Source: a virus | Taxonomy: Duplodnaviria > Caudoviricetes | Reading direction: 5' to 3' (one strand) | Length of the DNA: 64,000 bases | IMG/VR virus record: IMGVR_UViG_3300021399_000103 | Span: 64,001 to 128,000 of that record | Shown here: positions 13,935 through 27,012 of the stretch, piece by piece | How positions within the stretch are numbered: position 1 is the first letter of the stretch | How the letters are laid out: every line of letters begins with the position of its first letter | Program-made: the position numbers and the translations under genes | The notes under the pieces: generated by a model | The model's input: the letters and a program-made list of their open reading frames with translations, nothing else | Database searches by the model: none | Told to the model about the DNA's origin: nothing

Positions 13935-16130
13935 ATGGCGTTAAGAGTATGATTGCCGTTAAATGGCGATCTTGAAAATAAAGGGATTAGTAATATTTCA
14001 ATTTCTACGAATAATTTTTCTATTAATAATTTAGGAAAGTTAGGCAAATGTTATCAGGGTCATGGTTTAACTCATTTGTCTCAAGAAATATTAAATAATA
14101 ATTGAAGTATTGCTTTATGGGTTAAAGAAACTAGTGCTTGAAGTCAATATAATCAAATTCTTTTCTGTAAAAATTTAAAAGATTCTAGTGATTGCCAAAT
14201 TTATTTTTCTATTATAAATGGTAAATCTTTAAATCTTGGAATAAATGGTCCAAGTGGAACTGGTTCTTATAACTATAATTTTAATTTAAATACCTGATAT
14301 CATGTAGCAGCAACTTATGATGGATTAAATTATTGTTTATATATTAATGGAACTTTAGTAAAAACAGGTACTTGTACAACAGCATTTAATGCAAATAAAT
14401 TAAATCTTGGATTTGGATGTAGAAGTGCAAATGATAATGCTACATCTGGAACAGGTCAAACCAGCACTCAATGTTTTAATGATTTTAGGTTATATGACCA
14501 TTGTCTTTCTCCATTAGAAGTAAAAGAAATTTCGCAAGGGTTAATTTTACATTATAAATTAAATGGATTTAGTGGTGGAGTAGGTGAAAATCTATTACCT
14601 AATACAAGTTTTAATGGAATATCTCAAAAATATACTTTAAATAGCGGTACTGAGGGAGGATTTAGGTATGTACCTATTTCTGTTAATAGAAGCACCTTAT
14701 ATACAATAAGTTGTTATTTACGAGGTAATGCCAATATGACATTGTATCGTATTTGTTCTGGAGGTAATGAATCAACTCCTTGAGTAAATAGAAGTGATAT
14801 GTCTGAAACAGAATATAAATATTTTAGTATTACTTTTACTTCTCCAGCAGCAAAAGATATTTCTCAAATTTATATATGCACACGATATGGGACTTCTAAT
14901 TCTCAAACTGGAGATTGATTTGAAATTAAACCATATAGTTTAAAAATGGAACAAGGTTCAATTGCAACTCCTTGAATTCCCGTATTATCAGAAATTGGTA
15001 TAGATACTACTAAAATTGTAGATTCTTCTGGTTATGGAAATGATGGAACTGTTATTGACTCATTAACAACTGAGATAAGTAATACCGATGGAAGATATTT
15101 AATAGCAACTAAATTTCCCACAAATACTGCACATATTCAATTACCAGTAATTACTTATAGTAATTTTGGTTCATCATATACTTTTTCTTGATGAGAATAT
15201 TTAACTACTGTTAGTAGTAGTCCAATGCCATGAGGTTTTAGTGATGGTAATAGATTAAATTGTTATCATGTAAATACAAGTATGTTATGTTGAAATACAA
15301 GTAATGGAACAAGCAATCCATTTGAACCAAATATAACTAGTACAAGTTTATTAAATGGATGACATCATTTAGTGATAACTGGAAATGGAACGGTCACTAA
15401 TTTATATATAGATGGTGAATATAAAGCAAAAGCAAAAACCTATGTTGGATTAACTGGAACTCAAATATGACTAAGTGGTTGAGCAAATGCTACTGGTTAT
15501 TCAATGGTTAATAATAAAATGTCAGATTTCCGTATTTACGCAACCGCTCTCAGCGCAGAAGATATAGCCACGTTATATCATACTCCGGCGCAAATAGATA
15601 ATTTAGGTGGAGTACATGGATTTGAAATGAATGAAATAAGTAGTAATATTTTAACCTTAAAATCATTTGAACAAGGCGGTCTTGGCGATGCAAATGGTGC
15701 TGAAGTCGCTTTAAATACGAGAATACGAACTCTATACTTACCTATTATTCCAAACGCGGAGTATAAAACTTTTACTTCTTCTGGTTTTGTAGTTAGAGGA
15801 GTTCATTTTTATACTGAAAATCAATCTTGAATTTCATACTCATCTGGAAATTCTCAAACAATGAATTTTATTATACCCGAATCTTGTTATTATATAAGGA
15901 TTGTTTTCCAAAGAACAAATGCAAATACAGAATTACTTCTTAGTAATTTAAATTTAGTTAATCCTGTTTTAACTGGAATTATTGAAAAAAATTCATCATT
16001 GTTAAATGATGAATATAATATAAATATAAATAAAAATGGCATTATTTATGGAAATCATTTTAATATATCTAAAAAAAGTGGTATTGATAAAACGGGTATT
16101 ATTGAAGCAACAAATTTTATAGAAAAATAA
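13935..16130 (+). CDS. LamG/ConA-like receptor-binding or tail protein 1 (731 aa; about 15 TGA=Trp)
   Basis: GAAAGGAG RBS; starts MALRV*LPLNGDL; LamG motifs *YHVAATYDG, *HHLVITG, SDFRIYATALS; in frame with track ORFs 15504 and 15861. Confidence 0.8.
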
Positions 16131-16142
16131 GGAGGTGCTAGG

Positions 16143-19067
16143 ATGGCACAATTAAAGGATACATTAATTTCTGGTGATTTGCGTGTCACTGGCACGATAT
16201 ATGGTGATGTTCCATTAAATGATTTGGTTGATGCTGATGATTTAAAAGCTATCGAAGCATTAAGTGGAACATCTGGTTTATTAAAAAAGACAGCTGCAAA
16301 TACCTGAACATTAGATACAAATGCTTATACAACAAGTTCTGGCGTAACTAGTGTTAGAGTACAAGCTACAAGTCCAGTAGTATCAAGTGTTAATACGGCA
16401 CAAACATCTACACTTAATACTACTATTAGTTTAGCTGATAATTATGGAGATACTAAAAATCCATATGCAAGTAAAACAGCACGATATGTACTTGCGGCGC
16501 CTGCTTCGGCGAACGGAGTGCCTACCTTTCGCGCACTTACCAATGCAGATGTAGGATTAGGTAATGTTGAAAATACAAAACTTTCAACATGAGCAGGTTC
16601 TACTAATATTACAACTCTTGGAACAATTACGACAGGTACTATTCCATGAGCTAATATTAGCGGTAAACCAAGCCAAGCTACTGCTTGACCTAATTGAAGT
16701 CAAATACAACAAAATGGTGCTGAAAATATTAATGAAGGCAATTCTGATTTAACTGATAATACAGAAATTTTTACTTCATATGCAAGTAATAATGGATTTG
16801 CTGATACAAATGCAAAAGGTGTTGTTTATCGTAGAGATGCTATTCATGTATATAATTATATAAAAGCAAAAACAGATACTTTATATGCGGCTAAGAGTCA
16901 TGCTCATGGCAATATTACTAATGATGGTAAAGTTGGTACAGCGGCTAATCAGGCAGTTTATACTACAACAAATGGCGTAGTAACGGCAGGAACATTGCCG
17001 ATTGCAGCAGGAGGTACTGGTGCAAGTAATAAACGCACAGCAGGATTAATTTATGATTGGACTGCAGTAGTGCAAGGACAAAAATGATCTAGACTCTGCT
17101 ATATTCCATGTTCTACATCCGTTACTGGTACTAATTTTATTTTAAATGTTCGAGGAACAAGAGGAAGTGTTGTTTATAATTATACCTTTATGATTACTAC
17201 ACATCATGCATCAAAATGCCATATTACAGCACTTGCTTGTTCAAATTATTCTGCGATAAAGATTAGAGGAGTAGTTGATTCTAGTGGAAATTGTTATATA
17301 GAATTATATGATGAAGCTAATAGTATTGCTTCAGGCACCACTCAAAGTGTATCTTGTCATTTATTCATTTTAACAAAGGGCACAACAGAGCCAACTTTAT
17401 ATACTGCCTTTACGGATGGTGCGACATTACCATCAAATTTTACTGCAGTGACTTTAGAATTAAAAGCAGCGGCTGGGATTCAAACTTCTGGAACATACTA
17501 TGGCACTTGGAGCGGTTCCGCAATTCCTGTTGCTAATGGAGGAACTGGAGCTACTACTGCAGCTGCCGCAAGAACCAATTTAGGTATTACTCCTGCTAAT
17601 ATTGGTGCTGCTACTAGTGGACATAATCATGATTCTACTTATGTTAATGTATCTGGTGATACTATGACAGGTGCTCTTACCCTTAGTGGAGCACCGACCG
17701 CAAATCTTCACGCAGCAACTAAGCAATATGTAGATCAATCATTTGCGGCTAATGACGCAATGATCTTTAAAGGTACTATTGGTTCATCTGGAGCTACAGT
17801 AACTGCATTGCCAGCTACGCACAGTATAGGTTGAACTTATAGGGTATTAACAGCTGGAACTTACGCAGGAGTTAAGTGCGAAATTGGTGATTTAATTATT
17901 TGTATTACTGATGGAACAGCTGCTAATGATGCGCATTGAACAGTAGCGCAAACTAATTTAGATGGTGCAGTAATTGGACCAGCTAGTGCAACGAGCGGCA
18001 ACATCGCATTATTCGATGGAACTACTGGTAAATTAATTAAGAATAGTAGCTATTCTCCAAGCAGTTTTTCCGCAGCGGGTCATACTCATAGTAGTATAGT
18101 AACTGTTGGAGATCAAAGAAATAACGATACAACCCCTAATAGTTATAATAATAATTTTATTTTTCAAGGACTAAAAACTAATAGTAAGATTGGGTCTCCT
18201 ACATCAGATAATTATTCTTACGTAATTGGTTTAAGAGGATGAAGTGACTCAAGTGGTGGTAATTCTCATGAATTGGCTTTTAATAATACTGGTATTTTTT
18301 GACGTAGCGGAGCAACAACAGCTTGAGGCAATTGATATCGTATATATACAACAGCAAATAAACCAACTGCCGCAGATGTAGGGTTGGGTAATGTAAAAAA
18401 TCAAGCAATTACAGTAACTTCTTCAAGTGTAAGCGATGGGAGTATTACTTTCAGTAAATATGAACATCCAACAACTTCTGGTAATAAGCATATTCCAAGT
18501 GGCGGATCAACTGGACAATTTTTAGGTTGAGATTCAGATGGAACTGCAAAATGAGCAACTCCACCTGATACTAAAAATACTGCTGGTTCAACTAATAGCA
18601 ATAGTAAATTATATTTAATTGGTGCTACCTCACAAGCTGCAAGTGTAACAACATACAGTGATGAAGAAGTATATACAACTAATGGTACATTAAGCGCAAA
18701 AATACTTTCCACTACAGCCGGTGTCAATGCAAATACGGCTAATTCTGGCACTGCTGGAGGTGTTTCTTTATATAGCACATCGCCAACTGATTATGGTGTT
18801 ACTATGCGTAACACTGGTACATCTTCAGGACAACTCGGAAAACATGGATATGTTCAAGGAGATTGGGCTGGGTATTTCTGCTTTACTGGAGCTACCAATA
18901 GAGGATATATATTTAGACATGCTGGCGCTAACGTAGCTTCAATTAGTGGATTAGGTCATGCTGTTTTTAATGGTTCAGTTACTGTTGGTGGTAATGCAGC
19001 AAATACTTCTGGTGGAAGAATGGAGTATGATGCAACAGTTGAAGCAATTGGATTTACATTTAATTAG
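16143..19067 (+). CDS. Tail fibre protein B (974 aa; TGA=Trp)
   Basis: AGGAGG RBS; MAQLKDTLISGDLRVTG; in frame with ORFs 17190 and 18804; motifs ANGGTGATTAAAARTNLG, GDTMTGAL, KPTAADVGL. Confidence 0.8.
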
Positions 19068-19109
19068 TTAAGGAGAGATTTGACTCTCCTTAACTTTTTA
19101 TGATATAAT
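19066..19109 (+). promoter_or_regulatory. Hairpin overlapping a sigma-A-type promoter (copy 2)
   Basis: Near-identical to 13871-13914; TTGACT 19080-19085, TATAAT 19104-19109. Confidence 0.65.
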
Positions 19110-19135
19110 AAATAGAGAGAAAGGAGATCACTATT

Positions 19136-21472
19136 ATGAGTTTGAAAGTTTGATTACCGCTTAATGGTGATCTTAAAAATTTAGGCTGTAGTGATATAAT
19201 AGCTACTAATAATGGGGCAACTGTTGATAATAATGGAAAGATAGGAAAATGTTATAGTTTTGATGGCGCCGATGATCGTATTTATGCTAATAATGTTTCT
19301 ATTTCTAATCAAGAAATGAGTGCATGTTGTTGAGTAAAATTTAATAATTTAACTAATAATAATTATCCTTATATTTTTGCATTAGGTAGTAATGTAAGTG
19401 GTACTAGTATTCAATTAGGATTAGCTTATTGAAAAACTGACGGTAAATTACATTTAGTTGGTCATGGTTCAGAAACAGCTTCTACATACGCCCCAATTTT
19501 AAACACTTGAACTCATTTATGTATAACAATAAAGGGGAATCAAACGTTATTATATGTAAACGGTGTTTTAAATTCAACAATAACAAATGCTAATTCGCCA
19601 AAAACCCAAACTTGTCTATGCATAGGAGCTAGACCAAATTCAACGGCAGGCGCAGGGACAGCAATAAGTTATCCAATGAATTGCTGTTTGAATGATTTTC
19701 GCATTTATGACCACTGCTTATCAGCATTAGAGATAAAAGAAATAAGTCAAGGTTTAGTATTACATTATAAATTAGATGGAGACACTCAACAAAATATTCT
19801 TACTTCAACATCTTCACAAACAAAAACAATTTCATCTACTGGAACAAGTGTTTATACTAGTTATTGATATATAGATGAGAAATATACTTCAGCAATGACA
19901 GAAGGAGCTTTGTTAACTGTAGAATATGATTATAGTGTAAATGATGTGACAGAAACAACTTCTTATTTATATTCACAATTTAATACTACAAGAGTTACTC
20001 CACATGAATCTTTAGATTATTCTACTTTAACGGCAACTACATTAGGTCATCATAAATGAACTTTTAAAGTCACTGCTGCGCAAGCCGATTATGCTACTAC
20101 TGCGCAATCTCGTATTAGGATAAGACTTATGAGTAGCAATCCAGGAGCATCTTTTACCATTTCTAATATTAGATTATATTTTGGAGAAGAAAAAAATCAA
20201 ATAGCAGATTCTTCTGGTTATAGAAATGATGGAGAAATAGTAGGAAATACAATAATTCAATCAAACTCTCCAAAATTTAATATGGCTACATATTTAAATT
20301 CATCGTCTCCAACAACAAATAATGATGTAGGATTAACATATATTCATTCTAATTTTGGATTAACAGCACCTATACAAATGTCGGTATGTTGATGAGCAAA
20401 ACCTGAAAATGGTTATGGTGGGACAACTAATCATGCTGCTTGATGTACATCAATAAATTCTTCACATCCTACTGATTATAACTCAACTGCTTTTCATCAT
20501 AGAGATGCTAAATTTGATATTTGTTTAAATTTAGCTTCTACAACATCTTTAAGTTTAACATTTAATAATTATACTAAAAATGAATGACATTATTATTGTG
20601 TTACTTATGATGGAAAAATAGCAATTTTATATAAAGATGGAGTTGAAACAAATAGAAGTACAATTAGTAGTACAGAAGCACCATTAAAAACTTTTACCAA
20701 TATTTTTATTGGTTATTCTAGAGCTGGTGGTGTTTGAAGAAAAACACTTGGCTCTTATTCTGATTTCCGCATTTATGTAACAGCTCTTTCAGCAGAAGAT
20801 ATTAAAAAATTATATCAAACTCCAATAGAAATAGATAAAAGTAATAAACTTCATTCTTTTGAATTTGATGAAAATGCTACTAATGATATTGAATTATTTG
20901 GTGGAAGATTGTGGACAAGTAGTTATGGTCAAAAGATTTTAAATTCAACGAATATGTTTATTAATTATAATACTAATGGAGAGCCAACTTTTTCTGGATT
21001 TTCATCAGCTGGTTCTGAATATATAAAAATAGAACCGGGCGGAAAAACATACTATTATGATACAGAGGTATCTATTGCCGCAGGTAATCAATTTTATATT
21101 GGAATTGAACGATATGATGTAGATAAAACTCCAAGGTCAAATAATGCTTGTGTGTATATAGTAAGCCAAAAACCAAGTACAGATTTAGTTCGAAAAAGAT
21201 TTTTTGGAACTGTAAATCTTGCAACTGATGGAACAAATACAACAGATACAATATCTTTAAGAGTTTTAAATAAATGAAGTGGTTCCACTAGTGATACTAC
21301 AGGAACTGCAACAATTCATTATTTAAGTTTAAGAGAAATAACTGGTAATCCTCAAGTTGCTTTATTAAAAAAGACAGGACAAGTTTTAACAAGCGAATTC
21401 ACAGAACGTGATGATATAGTATATTTTTATAAAAATGGATTTATTGGAAGTTCTGAAATGATAGAAAGATAG
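19136..21472 (+). CDS. LamG/ConA-like receptor-binding or tail protein 2 (778 aa; about 12 TGA=Trp)
   Basis: Starts MSLKV*LPLNGDL; paralog of the 13935 gene (shared NDFR.YDHCLS.LE.KEISQGL.LHYKL block); in frame with ORFs 19676, 20129, 20909; TAG at 21470-21472. Confidence 0.8.
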
Positions 21473-21483
21473 GGGGTCAAAAG

Positions 21484-23871
21484 ATGGCATTTTTAAAAAA
21501 TTCGGTGGTCGCTGGCGACCTTCGTGTAACTGGAACAATATTTGGGGATGCAAATTTAAGTTCTATAAACGCAGATAGTACAGGTTTAGGCACAAATGGG
21601 CAGATTCTTAAATCTACTGGAACTGGAATAGTTTGAGCTGATGCTGCGAGTTCACATACACATGGTCAATATGTATTAAAAGCTGGAGATGAAATGACGG
21701 GGGCATTAGATATTAAAAGAACTACGAGTTTATCTCTGGCAATAGACAATAATTTAAAAATTGGTGCGACCCGTTATGATTTAAATTTTAATGTTAATAA
21801 TAGTACTGGTAGCGGTATTAATAATGGTAATGTAAGCGCAATTACTTGAGGTAAAGATGATGCTACTTATGCTGGAATATATTACCAATCTTCTAGTAAT
21901 TATGGTTCTCGTTTAATATTTGGAACCACTGGTTCTTATTCAAATGGTGCATATGCACGTATGATTATTCAAGCTAATGGTAATATAGGTATTGGGACAT
22001 TAACACCAAGCGTTATGTTAGATGTTAATGGAACTGGTAAATTTAAAGGTATTTCAAGTACAAATGCTATAAATATTGAACATTCTAATTCCGCAAAACT
22101 TACCGCAAAAGATACTACATCAACAGGTGAAGTATTCTATGGATTTGGCTCTGCTCATCAAAATCATGGAATTTATAGTTATGGTTATGCGCCGACTGCT
22201 TCAACTTGAACGACAGATGAAAAGTGAATGGTATATAGAGACTCCACTGGTAAAATTACCCTTAACGGCAATGCGACGACAGCAACTAAATTAGAAGCAG
22301 CTAAAACATTAACCATTGGTTCTAGTGGAAAAACTTTTGATGGTAGCGCTAATGTTAGTTGAACTCTTGCGGATATTGGTGCTGTTAGTAAATCGGGAGA
22401 TACAATGACTGGAGGCCTTACACTTTCTAATGGTTCTAGTGCGTATAATGACAAAGGACTATTGTTTACTCATGGTTCAAGAATTGGAGAAAATACTGGT
22501 GGTGATTTAGGTATTTATGCAGCAAGTGGATTATATATAAAACCTTCTTCCCCAACTGCTTCATCAGGTACTGAAGGTATAAGAATTACTGATGATGGAT
22601 TATATCCATGTGTTAATAATACTGAATCATTAGGATTAAGTAATTATAAATGGTCCAATGTTTATGCTACTACTTTTACTGGAGCATTATCTGGTAATGC
22701 TAGCACCGCCACTAAATGGGCAGCTGCACAACAAGTATATGTTAATTTAGCTTCTGCATCTAAAACAGCCACAATACAAGGTGGAAGTTCAACAGCTTCA
22801 GCTATTGGAGTAGATGGTAAATTACCGATAGCAAATGGTGGTACTGGTGCAGATACCGCAGCCGCTGCAAGAACAAATCTTGGAGCAGCGACAGGAAATG
22901 GAAGAATTTTCTATGGTACTTGTGACTCTGCAGCGTCCGCGGCAGAAAAGGCAGTAACTTGCGCAACTTATGATGCATTGACTGAAGGAGATATTGTTAT
23001 TGTTAATTTCAGTAATACTAATACTGCTGCAGTTGCAAATTTAAAATTAAATGTAAATAGTAAAGGCGCGAAGCCTATTAAAAAATTACATAATAGTACT
23101 GGTAATAATAATTTAAGTGCGGTTGGAGAAATAAATGCAAATGGCGTAGGAGTATTTTCTTATGATGGCACTAATTGATGTCTATTAAATGCTGATTATA
23201 ATACTACTTATACAATAACTTCGGTTTGATGTAATACTGCTGCTGGAACTGCAGCAAAAGCTAGTAGCAACGCAAGCTACTATGCTTTAAGACAATATAG
23301 CTATTTTGAATTAACATTGCGTTATGCAAATAGCGCACAAAGTGCATTGACTTTAAATGTTAATGGTACTGGAGCCAAACCAATTTATATTAATGGAACC
23401 GCTTCAAGCGCAAGTAATTATACTTTACCAGCAGGTAAATATTTGGTTTATTATGATGGAACTAATTATTATTTTAGAACAGATAATTATATTACCACTG
23501 GAAATATAACTGGGACTGCGGAAAATGTAACTGGAACTGTAGCTATTGCTAATGGTGGTACTGGAGCTATCACTGCAGCTGCCGCTAGAACTAATTTAGG
23601 TTTAGGTACATTAGCAACTAAATCCAGCATTGGAAATCATTCATATACTCCAGCTGGAGATATCACTGTAAGCGGAACAACATCAACGGCTACTGTTGTA
23701 AAGACTGTAACATTTAATCAAGTTATTACTAATGCAGAAGTTGCCAATGAAGTTTTGACAATTTCTGCGGGTGCTGCGGGAAGCAGTGCTAATCAAGCAG
23801 GCGTTCTTACTGGTAATCCAACTTATACATTTAGTGGAACACCTGCAACATTAACACATTCAGTTTCATAA
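21484..23871 (+). CDS. Tail fibre protein C (795 aa; TGA=Trp)
   Basis: MAFLKNSVVAGDLRVTG resembles the 16143 gene start; in frame with ORFs 21961, 22405, 23317; two IANGGTGA.TAAAARTNLG repeats. Confidence 0.8.
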
Positions 23872-23904
23872 TAAAAAATTTTCTTAAAAAAAATTAAAAA
23901 ATAT

Positions 23905-23934
23905 TTGCTTTTAAAAAATATTTTTTGGTATAAT
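23905..23934 (+). promoter_or_regulatory. Sigma-A-type promoter upstream of endolysin 1
   Basis: TTGCTT, 18 nt, TGG-TATAAT, with an A-rich upstream tract. Confidence 0.6.
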
Positions 23935-23942
23935 AATAATCG

Positions 23943-24053
23943 TAAGGAAACGAGTTGATACCAGAATGGAAAAGTTGAAGAAAATGGATGGAAAATTTTG
24001 GCTGGAAAATCCTCGTTTCCTTATTTTTTAATAAAAAAATGAGAGGTAAATAA
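23943..24053 (+). promoter_or_regulatory. Structured 5' leader with a 12-bp stem, T-run and possible Trp/TGA-containing leader ORF
   Basis: TAAGGAAACGAG (23943-23954) pairs perfectly with CTCGTTTCCTTA (24012-24023), then T6. TTG-started ORF 23955-24053. Confidence 0.45.
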
Positions 24054-24055
24054 AT

Positions 24056-25996
24056 ATGAGCTTACAAGGATTTACAAATCACAAAGCAGAGACTCAAAAA
24101 ATTATTGAGGCTCATAAAAAAGATTTTAATTACAATACAGTAAAATCATTTTTACAATCAAAAGGTGGATATAAAGCCTATGTAAAATCATTAGGTGGCG
24201 TATTTGCTAAATATGTTGATTTTACTGGTAAAATTACAACAACAAAACAATTAGAAGAAATTGCTGATTATGTTTGAGGTTTATATGATATTTGAGGAGT
24301 AGATTATTCTAACGGATGTTCTTACACTTATTCAGAAAATATCTATAAAGCCTACGCAAAAGATGGTTCTCAATTTTATCCAAAAGAAGATCCTAAAAAA
24401 AGATTTAATATGAATTATGCGGCTTTTAGTTTTGGTAACGGTGAAGATTTACCTGGTGTAGATGAAATGTTAAGCAACCCTGATAAATATTACGCAGTTG
24501 TTAATTGCGGCCAGGGTCCGTTACAAGTATTGAAAAAAGCTGGATTATGTCCTAAATCTTTCCCAGATCCTGCTGAATATCCAGCTTATTGGAAATCAAA
24601 AGGATACAATTATACTTTAATCAAAAACGCAAAAGATCTTAAAGTTGGTGATATTATTTATGTTTTTAATAAAACTATCGCTAATAGAAGTTCTATTACC
24701 CAGTTAAATAACTGGCATGATGGCGGATATCATATCACAATGGTTGGCGAGCGCAATGATTTACTTGGAACTATCACCTACTTTGATTCAGGTCATGCTT
24801 ATACTTACTATGGAGAATATAGAAGTATTCGTAATATTGGCGAAAAGCCTTATGAATGAGGTGTAGACTGGATTGGTTTGAGATACAATTTTGGATTGAA
24901 GGAGGAACAAATGGATATTAGCAAATATAATGATTTACAATTAGCAAAAATGGTTTGAGAAGGAGCTTTAGGTTCTGGCGATACTCGTAAAAAAAATCTA
25001 GGGTCTCGTTACAATAGTGTTCAGCATTTAGTTGATTTAGGTAAAGATAAAATTAACGAAATTTTAAATGCTAAAACAAAAGGTCAACAATTAGAAATGT
25101 TAGCAGAAGCACAGCTTGGTATGGATGGAACATTACCTTGGGAAATGTTCGGATATAAAGATGAGTGGTGTAGCGAATTTGTAGCTTACTGCGCAAACTG
25201 TTTAGGATTTATCTCTGCTGGATTAATGCCAAAAGCTGACATTTGCTCTAAAGCACATGCTTTCTATAAGCCAAAAGGACAACTACATACAAAAGCTCAG
25301 TATACTCCAAAAATTGGTGATATTGCTTATTTTGGAGAAAATGGAGAAATGCATACTGCTATTGTAAAATCAGTAAATGGAAATACATTAACAACTATTG
25401 ATGGTAATCAATATGTTGATAAAAACACATGGCGCACTTCACATGTAGGAAGAATTAACTATAATATGAACGATAGTTATGTATGGGGATTTGCGAACCC
25501 GCTTAATGACGGCATAGATGCTAAATCCGCAATTAGATTAGCTATTGAAGTATTAGAAGGTAAATATGGAAGTGGCGATATAAGAAAGAATAATTTAGGT
25601 TCAAGATATACTGAAGTTCAGACTTTAATTGATAAAGAATTAAAGACAATGAGTGTTGCTGATGCTATTATTGATCTATTGGCTCAAGAAGTTTTAACTG
25701 GTTATTGGAGCAGTGGTGATACTCGTAAAAATAATTTAACAAAAGCTGGATATGATTATAGTAAAGTTCAAGCTAGAGTTAATAAATTAGTCGAAGATTC
25801 TAAACCAAAAGAAGGTTGGATTAAAGAAAATAATAAATGGTATTATTATAAGAATAATAAGAAATTAACTGGGCTACAATATCTTGAATATAATAGACAG
25901 AAGAATTGGTATTATTTTGATGCTAATGGAATAATGCAGACTGGAAAAGTTACAATTACAGCAACATTTGATTCTTCTGGAAAATTAGTCTCTTAA
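24056..25996 (+). CDS. Multidomain endolysin 1: N-terminal putative peptidase, Cpl-7-like repeats, CHAP domain, C-terminal cell-wall-binding repeats (646 aa; 4 TGA=Trp)
   Basis: Fragments 24056, 24410 and 25097 are in one frame. CHAP motifs EWCSEFV, HTAIV, TIDGN; Cpl-7-like EVL.GKYGSGD.RK..L; WYYFDANGIMQTG repeat. Confidence 0.8.
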
Positions 25997-26008
25997 TTGA
26001 TGAATGAG

Positions 26009-26034
26009 AGGGGCGATTAATATCGCCCCTATTT
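26009..26034 (+). terminator. Stem-loop / probable terminator
   Basis: AGGGGCGAT/ATCGCCCCT stem after the lysin gene. Confidence 0.55.
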
Positions 26035-26055
26035 AGAGAATAGGAGGAGATATTA

Positions 26056-27000
26056 ATGGCTTATGTTAAACAAATAAATGTTTCAAATACGGCATATGAT
26101 ATAAGAGCAAAAGCTTTGGGTGCTGCACAATTAGGTTCTGCTACCAGAGGAATTTATTTAACGAGCACTGGAGAACCAGCAGTGGTTGGTTGATATCCTG
26201 TTTATTGTACCATAGACGGAGGAAATAAAGCTAATTATCCATGACATAGATTTGCAACTTGTACAACTACTACAGGACAATATCAAGATTATGATGCTAT
26301 AATTATATTACGTTCAAGATATCATGGAGGGGCTTTTGGTATTGTAAAAGCGATGATAAGAACAAATAGTACAAACAGTGGAATGAACATGGATGTTGTA
26401 TGATTATATAGATATGGATTTGCTGTTAATGATATTTGTATGTCACCAAACGCAGGTACTTCTGGTCATAGTGTTACTTTTAATCTTTATGTAAAATGTC
26501 CTACGTATCCAAGAAGAATTGCGTATCTTATGGAAGGTTCTAATAAAGGGTGGAGTTTGATTAATTCTGCAGAAGCCAACGACACAACAGCAACAGATCC
26601 AAAAACAAGCTATGAAGTTTTTGCTAATGGGGGGATACCTAATTATAAGTATGCAATTGATAATGAAGGCAGCGCTTGAGTATTAAAATCTGGGGATACA
26701 ATGAGTGGAAATCTACATGTTGTCAATACTGCAAATAATACGGCCGGTTTAGCTATAAACATACAAACACAATCGTATAGTTTTGGTTTACATATGGGAA
26801 CTGGTGGAACAAATCATGGAATATATGATTGATCTACACCTGAAGGATGAATGATAGTAAGAGGTTCTGGCAATAATATTTGAACTAGTTTTAATGCAGA
26901 TACTTCTTCCGCTTCAATCAGAAATATCGCTTATGGAACAACTGCACCGAGTAATAGTTGAGGTGAAAATGGTCAAGTATATATTAGATATACTGCATAA
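26056..27000 (+). CDS. Short tail fibre-like protein (314 aa; TGA=Trp)
   Basis: AGGAGG RBS; GDTMSGNL motif; C-terminal GTTAPS..*GENGQVYIRY; TAA 26998-27000. Confidence 0.7.
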
Positions 27001-27012
27001 TGAGGTGGATTT

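Noticed and set aside
17530-23600. Repeated GCTAATGG..ACTGG..GC..GC..AGAAC DNA as a CRISPR array or DGR template
   Set aside because: They are in-frame ANGGTGA.TAAAARTNLG tail-fibre motifs with synonymous variation; no regular spacers, and no cas or reverse transcriptase gene in the window.
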